From Girardia tigrina (lineage: Eukaryota), in NCBI GenBank assembly GCA_001938485.1, contig MQRK01183053.1, positions 1 through 56,955 on the forward strand: DNA of 56,955 nucleotides. The letters are read 5' to 3'. Shown here in pieces: positions 35,840-48,219 of the stretch (positions are counted from its first letter, which is position 1; every line of letters starts with the position of its first letter). Below the pieces are notes generated by a model. The model made no database searches, was not told the DNA's origin, and saw only the letters and a list, made by a program, of their open reading frames with translations. The position numbers were made by a program, and so were the translations under genes.

Positions 35840-38800
35840 AGAAAGACCAACAGCTCAAATTCAAATAAATGAAAGGAAAATAGTGGCATTAATTGATACA
35901 GGAGCAGCCGCATCTCTTATTAAATCATAATTTTTGTCAAAAGAACAAAAGAAAAATATCGAGCAAAATAATCAAAACTTGACATCATTAACTAGTCACA
36001 CCTTAAACACTGAAGGGAAAATAACTCTTGTTCAAATCGCGGATCAAGAAATTTATACTGAATTCTATGTTATTAAGTGATTTCCGCACGATTGTTTACT
36101 AGGAATAAATTTTTAAACACAATTAAAAGGATATTCGATAGATCTCCAAAATAATCAATTAATCAATAAAAAACGTAGAATACGAGTTCCAAAAGATTAT
36201 CGGGTTACGGTAGGAAGAGAATTAATAATTCCTCCTCGAAAAGAAATATATACCTTAGAAAATGTAGAAATGAAAGACAATAGTGGAGATTGTATATTCA
36301 TTCCGAAAGATCTGCCTGAATCAGAAATAGAGATTGCATCCTGCGTAGTAAGACCAAAAGATGGGAAAGTACCCATAAAATTTGCAAATTTTTCAAATAA
36401 AACCAAGCGATTTAGAACCCGTACAGTTCGAGGAACAGTACAGAAAACAGAATTAGAGATAAATGTATTAAATAATACAGAACATGATGTTATGAAATCC
36501 GAGATTAAATCTTATACTACATTACTAAAAGATAATGATTACTTAACTAATCAGCAGAAAATTGAATTATCAAAGATATTAGCTGAGTATAGTGATGCAA
36601 TGGCCACACATGAATTTGATTTAGGAAATGTACGAATAGTGGAACACGCTATCGTTACTACAAATGAGAAACCAATTACTCAGAGAGTATATTCGGCTCC
36701 ACCTAAGATACGAGAAGAGATAAAAAGACAAACGAAACAATTGTTATAGGAAAAAATCATACGAGCAAGGGCTTCACCGTGGTCATCACCAATCGTTCCA
36801 GTTAAGAAGAAAGACGGAGAAATTCGTATATGCATCGATTATCAAGCACTGAATGCAGTTACAAAAAGAGACACGTATCCTCTACCAAAGCCCCAGGAAA
36901 TGTTTGATAAACTTGGAGGTTGCAAATACTTCACCAAGTTAGACACAAATAAGGGTTTTTATTAAATAAAAATAGTAGATTCAGATATTGAAAAGACCGC
37001 TTTCACCACTGGAGAAGGATTATATGAGTTTATAAAGATACCATTCGGATTAACGAATGCACCAGCTACTTTTCAACGAGGAATGAACCAAATTTTAATG
37101 GAAACAGACCATGCAATGGTATATATGGACGATGTAATAATAAAATCAAAAACATTTCCAAAACACAAGAGACACGTGGCAGATGTATTATATAAATTCA
37201 GAAAAGCAGGTATAAAAATAAAACCTATAAAATGTGATTGGGCAAGGCCTCAAGTATTGTTTTTGGGTCACATCATTTAAGGATTTGGAATAGCTCCCGA
37301 TCCAGAGAAAATAATACAAGTTAAAGAATTTCCTATTCCAAAGAGTATCAGAGAGACCCAATGTTTTCTGGGATTGACAGGATATTATAGACGGTTTCAA
37401 AAAGATTATTCGAAAATTGCCATCCCTCTTACAAATTTGACAAAAGTACCAAAAGATATTGCGAAAAATGAAATTAAAAAAATTGTTTAAATGGACAGAG
37501 GAATGCCAAACTGCATTTGACAAGTTAAAAAATAATTTAATAAATGCAGCAGTTTTACGTTATCCAAATTTCACAAAGCCTTTTCTTTTGATGACAGACG
37601 CAAGTAGAGGAGCACTAGGCGCTGTTTTGGGCCAAGAAGATGAAGAGGGACGAAATTATGTTGTAGCATATGCCAGTCGTATCCTCAAAGGAGCTGAAAC
37701 TCGTTATTCAACCATAGAACGAGAATGCTTAGCAATTGTGTTTGGAGTAACCCATTTTAGGTAATATTTATATGGTGCATAAATCAGCTTAAAAAACAGA
37801 CCATAAACCTCTTGAAAGTCTAATGAAAAATAAAAATGCCTCAAGTCGTCTAATAGGATGGACAATGCGATTACAGGATTGCGATATAAAGATAAAATAT
37901 CGAAGCGGAAAGGCAAATGCAAATGCAGATGCATTGTCAAGAATTCCTCTTACAGCAATTGAAACAATAAAATTGAAAGATTTAGTAAATCAGATGCTTG
38001 AGATTGCCACCTTGAACGTAAATCTAAATACAAACTTACAAAACTAGCAAGAAAGTGATACAAAAATTAAAGAATTAAAATCAAAATTAATGGAAAATCA
38101 GAAAAAGCAATAACGATTAATAGACAATACATTAATGCATTTAGATGGAGATAGAGAGTTGATTGTTATTCCTAATTCACAAAAGGACAATATTATGATG
38201 CATTATCACGATGGAGCTTTGAGAGTACATCTCTCATTACGAAAGACGTTTAATAGAATTAGAGAAAAATACTATTGGGGAGGCATGCGACATGACATCG
38301 AATCTTGGATTCAATCATGCGCAATTTGTGCTACCAGAAAAAATACAGGAAACCAAACTAAGGTTCCTTTAAAACCAATACCAGTACCAGCAGCTCCATT
38401 CGAAACATGTGCAATGGATGTAGTCGGACCATTGCCAGAAACAATAAATGGTAATAAATACATTTTAGTATTCGTAAATCATTTTTCGAAATTCACAGAA
38501 GCATTTGCAATGTCAGATCAAAAGGTTGAAACATTGGCACCTATTTTTGTTGAACGTATCATATTTAAATATGGTCCACCAAAAATAATTTTGACAGACA
38601 GAGGACAAAATTTTATGAGTAACGTCATGAATCAAATAAATCATGTTTTCGGAATATTGAAACTCAATACCACTGGATATCACCCTGAAACTAATGGAGC
38701 GTACAAATGGCACGTTTCTAAATAGAATGGCTTGTTTAACAAATCGCAAGCAATGTGACTGGGATATATTTATACCCTATGTACTATTTGTAATAAATAA

Positions 38801-39323
38801 TACAAAATCTGAGATAACAGGTTATAAATCCAGTTACCTTCTATATTTAAGGGAAATCATAATGCCTGTCGATTTAGATTTTAATCCGGTACCATCTCAG
38901 TTGATGGAAGTCCCAGATTTTATAACTTTGATGATAGAAAAAATGAACATTGTTTATAAACAAGTGGATTTACAAATAAAGTATAATCAAGAGAAATATA
39001 AAGAGCAATATGATAAAAAGGCTAAACCACATTCTTACAAAGTAGGAGACAAAGTTGGCAAGGCCATATAAGGGTCCGTATGAGGTTGTCAGAGTAACAC
39101 CCACAAATCTATTTATAATAAAACATTAAAAGACATTTATAATAAAACATTAGTACATGTAAACAGATGTAAAAAAGCGGAAAATGAACCTAGAAAGGAA
39201 TATAATCTTAGATCACGCACACAACTTGAAGTGGCAATGATAGAAATCGGTCCATCAACGTCCACAAAAATCAAAAATTCTGAATCCACAGATTATGAAG
39301 ATATTATAACAATTAATCCTTAA
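35840..39323 (+). pseudogene. Ty3/Gypsy pol (PR-RT-RH-IN), degenerate
   Basis: ALIDTGA, SPWSSPIVPVKKKDGEIRICIDY, PFGLTNAPATFQ, YMDD, TDAS, ERECLAI, HHCC zinc region, MDVVGP, LTDRGQNF, YHPETNG and GPY...VHVNR motifs. Confidence 0.95.
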
Positions 39324-39861
39324 GTACCACGATCAAAATCAATTCAAATAAAACAATCACGAAAAAAATTGGAAAATGAATCACCGTTATCCCGAAAAGA
39401 GGTGCGCGAGAAAGCAACCATTTTACTATTGCAAGAAGATATTGGGCTTCACTTTGCATGAGTACATATTTACAATGATCTATTTTTCAAATATGCAGTA
39501 AGAGAATATCCACATCTCTTTGCTGTAAAAGATCCAAAAAGAAATGCTACCCCATTGCAGATTGTAATAACTCGACATAAGTTTCACAAGGCTTCAAAAT
39601 TACTTAAACAGACACAATTATGCGAATATCCAGGATTGATAGATACTCAAGGCATTGGAGGATTAACTGCGCTAATGGAAGCAATAGTGCATCGAGCACC
39701 GTTCCATTCGGTTATAGCACCTTTTATTATATACTCTAATTTAGCACTTCTAGATCAACGCGGAGAAACCGCTTCCGAATATAATAAAAGATATGGTTCG
39801 GAATTGGTTAAGTCAGTATTCGAAATAATAGAAAATAATGAAATCGGATTGTACCGTTTAA
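39324..39861 (+). pseudogene. Ankyrin-repeat-like domain in frame with the integrase C-terminus
   Basis: IGLHFA, KDPKRNATPLQIVI, IDTQGIGGLTALMEAI and LLDQRGETASEY are spaced ~35-42 aa apart. There is one internal TGA (39459), and the domain is cut by the TTAA element. Confidence 0.62.
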
Positions 39862-40532
39862 CACATTGTAATCGGATCATGTATTAATACGTTTTTAGCA
39901 ACTTAATGCTAGAGAGCGGATCACGTATTTATACGTTTTTGATAGATTGTTAGTGGAGTGCGGGTCACGTTAAAATACGGGTTCCAATATACTTGAGTTT
40001 TCGCTATATAGCGTCTGTAGGGTTGTAGCCATGCAGATAAAAACCTTTTGAGAACAATAGATGGGATGTACGATTGGTACCGATGTAGTTTTATTCATCA
40101 CAAAAATAGTCGAAGATAACGGTACATATAACGGTCTACATGCAACACTAAGACGAAGAATAATAATTTGTTTTAGTTTATTTCACTACTCTTTGGTGGT
40201 TGGACGTTGCTAAAAGCTAAATATCGAGTACATAGATTTTTGTGTATAATTTGTAAAATAAAGGATGTTATGTAAAAAAAATATGATTTTTTTCTAAACT
40301 TTCCTACTTTATGTGAAATTCTGCACTAGTTTAACGATGAAGAATACATTTCTAAATATAATAAAATAAAATGTAATAAAATAAATAATTTGCAAAAAGA
40401 ATTTTTGAAATCAAACAAATATTTTTGAAGTTATCGCAATTTTTCTAGAGGTCTACGTTAGTGCGAAATTACGCGAAAAATCACCCGTTACCAGCACTAG
40501 TACGCGGCCGAAAACTGCCCGACCACAATGTG
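39862..40532. mobile_element. piggyBac-like non-autonomous element (671 bp)
   Basis: TTAA|CACATTGTAATCGG...CCGACCACAATGTG|TTAA gives a 14-bp TIR with 2 mismatches. Three subterminal repeats cgg(a/g)tca(t/c)gt...atacg lie at ~39873, 39918 and 39961. Confidence 0.8.
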
Positions 40533-43500
40533 TTAACATGAATTCTATTTCTGCCAACATTTCTACCCAATCTCTATGCATTTCATCCTTTAATCGTATA
40601 TTTATGGCGTCTCTTATTGTTTTGAATTGTCTTTCTATGATCCCGTTAGTGTTGTGGTGATGAGGGGTTGAGTAGACTATCTCAGTCTTAAATCTTTTCG
40701 TCGTTTCTTTAAAGAGTGCTGATTCGAAAGTTTTCTCTCTATCAACGTGTATCTCTTTTGATGGTCCGAATTTCCAAATCCATTTCTCGAATAGTACCTT
40801 TCGTGTAGTCTTTTCGTCTTGGTGTGCCACTGCGGTCAAGCTGATGTACCTACTAAATTGATCGATTATTGATAAAATGTATTGGTATCCATTCATAGTT
40901 CTTCTGAATGGTCCGCAAAAGTCCATGTAAATTTTTTGAAATGGTTCGTCGGTAGATTGTTTAATGTGTTTCTCTTTCGTTTTTGCCGTCAGTGTCTTCC
41001 TTTTCTGGAAGTTTGTGCAACTTTGTACGATGTTCTTTATTTGTTGTCTCATTTCATACATATCGAAGTCATGTTTTATGTAATTGTAAACTTTCTTACT
41101 TCCTGCGTGGCATAACATTTTATGTATATCTTCTTTAAAGTCTGTTCTCTTCTTCTGAGGGATCCAATATTTATTATCTCTTGTCGTCACGATATTGTTT
41201 TTTAGTAGCCATTCTTTTGTCTTTTCCATTTTAATATTTTCTTTAATCTGTTCTATTTCTTCATCATTCGTCTGCCAAATGAACTCTTCTGAATCTTCTG
41301 TTAATGCTAGAATTCTAGTTTTAACGTTTACTTTTTTAGCGTCATCGTGCATTGTCTGACATTGTACACATAGTTCACATGTATTTCTCGACATTGCGTC
41401 TGAATTGGTGTGTTTTTCGCCCTTGCGGTATTCCATCCTCATGTCTAGTCCACTAAGGAAGTTTATCCAAGTTTGGAATTGTGGAGTTATTGGGTTCTTC
41501 GTTGTCATCATGAATGCGATGACCTTATGATCCGTTCTAAGTAGAAACTTCTTTCCGTATAAGAAATGTTTGAAGTGTTGCGTAAAGTAATAGATTGCCA
41601 ATAATTCTTTTCTTGTAATACAGTATCTCAGTTCGTGTTTGTTCATCTTGTGGGATCCATATGCATTTACTCTTTCCCTTCCGTATGCATCCTTCTATGC
41701 AAGTAATGCCCCGATTGCATCAAAACTGGCGTCTGTATCCAGTATAAACTCCTTTTCGAAATCTGGATATGCAAGGATCGGTGTTTTTGTCATTTTATCT
41801 TTTAATGTCTGAAACACTTCGTCACATTCCTTTGTCCATGTCAATTTTTTATTTTTTAATTTTTCCACATAGCCCTTCCAGTATTTTTGAATATTTTGCA
41901 TAATCCTTAAAAAATTTTCTATAATAGTTCGTTAGCCCAAAGAAACTTCTGAAATGTTTAATACACGAAGGATTTTGAAATTTGTCGATTGCTTCAATTT
42001 TCGTTTTATCCGTCTCTATGGGCCTCCCATCTCTTTCGAATGGTATTGAGCCATTTGGCTCTTTAGAGGGTCCACCTAAACTAAAGAGTGCTAGCTGTCC
42101 CCCCCCGATAGGCCTCTTACGGGGACGGAGTGCTTCAGTCTCCGAAATTTCTTGGGCTTCCTGTTGCAAACGACCAATCATAAATTGTGGTACCATGATT
42201 ACGCATCCCTTTGGCTGTATTGGTGGACTTGGTACAGCCAAGAAAGGGACATTTGAACTTTCCCCTCGCATTTGGATCTGCGATCCTTAAAGACAAATGT
42301 GTTTCTTCGGGATAAATCCTTTGCTCCACCACCGTTGAAATAGTCGGGGTTACTGTTGCTGGTTGAAAATTGGTCATTTGGATAAGTGTGACTTCTTCGT
42401 CTCTGTCTGGATTGTCGTTTCTTCTGTTGGATTGCATTGATGATTCTGTCGGATGTTCATTGATATTCTCCCTCACATCTATTCGATGATCTTTACGTAG
42501 ATGCCTAGTGAACCATCCTTTCGTTTTGTAACCTTTGCTGCATTTGGTACATTTAAAAGGTTTTTCATCTTCTGGGAACTGAAGCGGTATGCTTACTGTG
42601 GATTCCGTGTGATCCTGCTTGAGATGTCTATTTACCTCCTTTTGTTTGGCAAACTCCTTAAAGCAATCTTCTATCGTAAATTGAAGGAGTTTATCTCTCT
42701 CATTGAGTAATTGCGGCAGATCGGCTCTTGTTCTGTTCTGCTTCCCTTCTCTTATTAAGGAGTTGATGTATTGCCCTCTTTCTATTGTGGGGTCTTTGTG
42801 GACAATGTGGTGTATGAAGTCTCCATACTTTGCACTCTCCCAAAAGAGCCACTATATATCCATTCTGAGGCATTCGGAGAGAGCTTGCTTCTTTCTCCCA
42901 CTAATCTTCTTTCCCATTGACATTGTTGCTCTCCACACACACCTCATAATGTTTGGTGTATCAGAGGTGTCCAACCTGCTATGATAGGCAAGTCTTCTGC
43001 TTGCAATGATATCCATGGGGAGTGGGAGTCCAATGTCGATAGTGTCCATTTGTATCCTCTCAGTCTTCTGCACTTTCATGACTGTGCGAGTACACAAATT
43101 ATGAAAGGCAGCCAGCTTCTTGATTGTTTTGTTACCTGTTCGCCAACTCTCACAACTGTAGTATACTACGGGAAGTATGCAAGAGCTGACAATCTTGTTC
43201 TTGTTCCGTAAAGAGAGTTTGGAGCTCCTCAGAACCGGTTTGAGGTCTCTGGTCTTCCTGGTACCCTTTTGAATTCTTTCTCTAATCTCATCTTCAGCGG
43301 TGCCATTTGAGGAGATTGTGGAACCCAAATAGACGAATTTGGATACCCACTAAATACCAGTCTCAAGCTGGTGTCCGGCAGTGAGAACTTTGGTATCTCC
43401 GTTTAGGTTCATAACATTGTTCTTATTGATATTGATCTTTAGTCCTAAATCTGCAAATGAGTCATTCAGTAGAGTAAGGTTTCTGATAAGATTGTTCCAG

Positions 43501-46500
43501 TCGGTGTCTATCAGACAGAGATCGTCCGCGTAAGCCAGTCTGTTGATCTCGAGGCAGCTTCCATCTTCAGTAGTCATCTTTGCTCCTCTTGAGAGACCAT
43601 TCAATATCGCTCGTTTCAGGACTGTATCGAAGACGATATTGAATAGGAGCGGACCTAAAACACAACCTTGTCTAACTCCTTTGTTCATATTGAAGGATTT
43701 ATCGCCTATTGAACCTTTAAGTCCCTCATGAAAGGCTTTGATAACTTCAAGCATTCTCTACCTTATCCCTTGTTTCTTTAAACAGCTCCAGAGAGATTCC
43801 CCGGGACGGAGTCGAATGCTTTCTCCAGATCTATAAAGATTACAAAAATGTGTATATTTTGTATTTTGCTTCTTCCTGTAACGTTCTCAGGATGATGATA
43901 GCTTGTTGCATTCCTCTGCCTGTCCGGAATCCAAATTGCCATTCGTCCAGTGATGCTTCAATTATTGGAGTAATACGATTAGCATCTTTGCTCACCATCT
44001 TTGCTCACGACATATCCTAAAAATTTTGTCTTTTCTACCATGAATTGACACTTTTCAGGGTTTATCCGAAGGCCCGATTCTTTAATCTTTTGAAATATGT
44101 GTTCGACTCGTCTGAAATGTTCTTCTTTGTCTTTTGCGATGATTAGAATATCGTCCAGGTATACAACTGCTTATTTCCAGTTTAATTCTCCTAACACTCT
44201 TGTCATTAGTTCTTGAAATATTGCTCGGGCAGCTGCAATTCCGAATGGCATTCTTTTAAAACAATATTGACCGTTCTTTGTCGAAAATGCAGTTCTAAAT
44301 TTTGAATCGTTTTCCAATTCAACTTGATGATATGCACTCCCAAAGTCGATCGTGCTGAAGTATTTCGCTCAATTTAATGTATTTAGCATTTCTTCTACAT
44401 TTTTCATTGGAAATGCTGGTCTGATTGTGACTTTATTTAATTGTCGAAGATCAACACATACTCGGATATCCTGTTTGTCTTTTTTTCCATACGTATACTA
44501 CCTGAAAATTCCACGGCGAACTGTATTTTTCAATGATATCATTTTCCTCGTAATTCTTGATAATATCATCTAGTTTTTCCTCAGTGTTTTGGTTGTTGGT
44601 ATGGTTTTACCAATATTGGTTCTCCTTGTGTTTCAATTTTATGCTTAGTTAGTGTGGTCTTCCCTATATCCCATTTGTCCGCCATAAATATCGTTTTATA
44701 ATCTATTAGTAATTTGTTTAATGGTTCATCTATCTTATCTGCGTATATTTCCCTTATTCTTTTAAGTTTGTCTCCATCAGTTAAAGTATCGCATATTACC
44801 AGCACTCATTCATTGTATCCTGTTTCTTTCTTTAGTTTCATGCTGAATTTATTTAAAAGATCCATTCCTGCAATCATTTCGGGTTCTAAATCTTTTACTA
44901 CAAAAAATCCACTGTTTTCTGTATTCTTTCAATCTTAAGCTGTAGTTGTACTATTCCGTAATTTACTAGTTTCGAATCGTTAGCACAGTGTATACGTCTT
45001 TTTGTCTCCTTTATTTTGATATTTTCCATATTTTTAGTATGTTTTATTGAGTATATTTTAATTACATTGACTCGTGCTCCCGTATCTAATAGACATCGTA
45101 CTTTTTATTCTTTATTTAAAATTCTATACTAGGTCTCCCTTTCAGTTCTTCGTATTCTATTTTAAACTTTGATATTTTCATTATCTCTGTGCTTCTTTCT
45201 TCATCTTTTTCTGTGATCAAACTGTCACATTTCTTATTGTGTATTTCGTTTTCACCATCTAATATACACAATTCTTGAGGAATATTTTCAACAGCATCCC
45301 ATATACAACATACGTCATCATACAAACAATCATTCATATAGTCAAACATACACATACATTCGTTTCTTAGTGAAGTACACTGATCACTTCTCCCTTTGAC
45401 CGTGCCTCCTCGTTTCCATGTTCGACTCTGAAATTTTACTTGTTTGTAATATTTTCTTTTCTTGTTAGACTTCCTCTTTTATTCAATCCTTCCGACATTC
45501 TTTCCCATTCGTCATCAGAATCTTCTAATTTTGCTACTTGGTCTCTTCTATTCTTATATCCCATCCGACCTCTGTACTGTGTGTTTGCGTATTATTTTCG
45601 TTCATTTCTTCTATTCATTGTATCTTCTCTTCCAGATTGTTCGCTTTCTCTAAATCTGTTTGGATTCTAATAACATTGTATTCTTACTTGCCCTTTCTTA
45701 TTACAATGGTTGCATTTAACATTTGGACATTCCCATCTCACATGTCCTTCTTCATGGCAGGCCCGACATATGATCCTTCTCGCATTAAAATTTCTTCTTG
45801 GTTCTTCGATCTTTCTCTCTTCGTATCTTGGTCTCGGTCTCCTTGTTCTATATTCTGCTTTCTTCCATTCTTTATTTTCCTTTGTCGCGTATGCGTCCAC
45901 TCTTATATTCCTGTCTTTCAGCTCAAATTCGTAAATTTTATCCTGGATATTTTTTATATCTTCTGCTATTGTGGCATTTCTCAGAGTCATTTCTCTTCTT
46001 ACTTCTCTATCTTCGATGGCATTGGCGTACGCTAGATCTGAGAGTTCCTTTTTTCCTAGTTTTTCTCAACTACTTTTTCCACTAGTTCATCAATCTTTAT
46101 AATACTTCTGATGGATTTTTATCCCCGATTCTAATCTCTACAAGTTCCTTCATTATCTCTAAAATATTTTTCTCTTTTGAGAATGCACTTCTCATTCTTG
46201 TTTTCCAGCTGCCTCCTTGTGTTTTCTCATATTTGTTTATCGCTTCTTGGGTCATGAATGCTGTAATTAATATTGCTTTTCTTTCTTCCTTAAATCCCAA
46301 AATCTTTGAATATCTCTCAAAGATTATTAGGAATTCTTCTAATTTTGCTTCTGATCCATCGAATGTCTCCGGTCCCTTGATAATTGGTGTCACGTGGTCG
46401 TGTTTCGCCATATTAAGAACATTTAAATAAGTCTCGTTTAAATCTTTATTTCAATTACATTTAGAGTCATTAAGACTCACAGAAGGTCTTTCATCGTTTG

Positions 46501-46520
46501 CCATCGTTCTAATTGGTTTT
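40533..46520 (-). mobile_element. Ty3/Gypsy element gag-pol (degenerate), interrupted by a LINE, integrase truncated
   Basis: gag MAKHDH..GPETFDG, two CCHC knuckles (CRACHEEGHVRWEC, CNHCNKKGQVRIQC), LLDTGA, YLDD, LDTDAS, RKELLAI, HKMLCH, MDFCGP and TNGIIER motifs. Confidence 0.94.
42020..43982 (-). mobile_element. 5'-truncated RTE-like non-LTR retrotransposon nested in Gypsy RT
   Basis: QFGFRTGRG, FIDLEKAFDS, GVRQGCVLGPLLF, LAYADD, FVYLGS, YSCESW and C-terminal C2H2 fingers. It splits the Gypsy GYVVSKDG|IETDKTK sequence. Confidence 0.9.
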
Positions 46521-48219
46521 CCTATTTCTGTTTTTAATCATGATTATTCAAGCTGTTTTTCTAAATTATATTTTAAAATATTTAACCTCTAAAAAATATT
46601 ATTTTTTATCATTTTTTAATAAATCCCAAAATAATAAAAATGACATCAAATTATTAAAATGCATTTAATTTAATATTTACTAAAAATTATTAAACTTAAT
46701 TTTAATTCTGAAATTAAAGATATGAACTTATAAAATGATTATTTTAATTATGTTCGAATAGTCAATAACTTTAAACTTAATAAAAAAAATACCAATTTCC
46801 ATCTGGGTGGGAGAATCACCATTCTAAATTCAGCATACTTACATCAACATACAGCATCCATACATTTACACATTCAAACAATTTAAAATATTCTTCACAA
46901 AGAATTTAATAGATTAATTTGTGGCAGGATAATTAAATTAACAGAAAAATTTGTTTAAAATATGTGAATTGTTGTTATATAAAGAAAGTTTCGTGTTAAA
47001 AAAATGAATTCGGTTATTGATGTTGTAACCACCTCTCACAATTTCTAAATCTTACAAAATTCAAACTCTGTTCAGTAATAAATCTCTTCGATTTTTTTAA
47101 TGACGTTCTTGATTTTAATTAAAACTTACCATTATTTTTTAAATTGCTTATTTATATTTGCTTTTTACTTTTTTTTGAACATGATCAATTAGTTGCAATA
47201 CACCTTTCTAAGAAAATTATTTTATTTACATCTTTTCAAACTGAGAATTTATGTTAAGGTAGATATAAGTAATAACGTAATATCAATGTGAGTGCTTTTA
47301 TTGCTTTGCAAATATAATTATTTCTAAAGCATATTTACCAACATTTATGTTATTCGTTATTTACATTCTTTTTAGATTCTATGTGATGTAATTTATTATT
47401 GATATTCAAAATCACAGTGTATTTGGAGGATATAACAAGTGTCGTTTAAATTACAAAATATTTATCCAATGTTTGTGGATTACAGACTCTGCTAAACCAC
47501 TACCTGACAGCAGAACAATAAACAATCACAGGTTCAGTCTGTGATTTGACTCAGTCTGTTAGACTGATATCTGTGACAACAGAGTCTGCCAAAGCCAGTG
47601 TTCAAGAACCATTTTCAAAACAACTATCTCCATCTGCAAAACATGTATCAAATGAATAAGAAACCATGACATCTTATAATTAATAAGCCTTGTCTACATT
47701 AATCATCCATGATTGGCACAAAAGTTGATTGAGGACAAACCAGATAAAAAGACTGAATTTTTCAAGTCATTTCAAGAAAATTGAAATTTGGTTTATAAAA
47801 TTACCTATTATGACGAAACCACATTTAAATTGTAGTAATATTTCTTCTGAAGTGAATAGAATATCAGTGAGATTGTTAAATTTCCATAAATTTTGTAACT
47901 TAGTAAGTATTTTACTTTGGCTTTATTTTTAATTTTATTTCTTTATCGATTATTTTAATTATTTTTAAATTATATAGTACTAATATTATTATTACATATT
48001 AAAATATTTGAGATCAACTGTCTGGTGGCATCGTATCCAATTAATATCTCTCAAATCAGTACAGATCTCAAATATTCAATTGATTTAGAAATTACTTAAT
48101 TTATTGAATTAAATCTTTTTTGATATATCTTTTTGAAGTTTTTAATTTTTTGTGAATGTGAGTAGAACAGTAGATTTTGCTTAATGGTATAAAAGATTAT
48201 GGTAGTGAAGAAAATTAGT

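Noticed and set aside
36180-36480. Possible dUTPase-like domain between protease and RT
   Set aside because: No dUTPase catalytic motifs are recognisable; it is probably the usual post-protease linker.
45440-46085. Several hydrophobic plus-strand ORFs
   Set aside because: They are antisense shadows of the purine-rich minus-strand gag.
47400-47900. Coding-like composition segment
   Set aside because: It has multiple stops and no identifiable motif.
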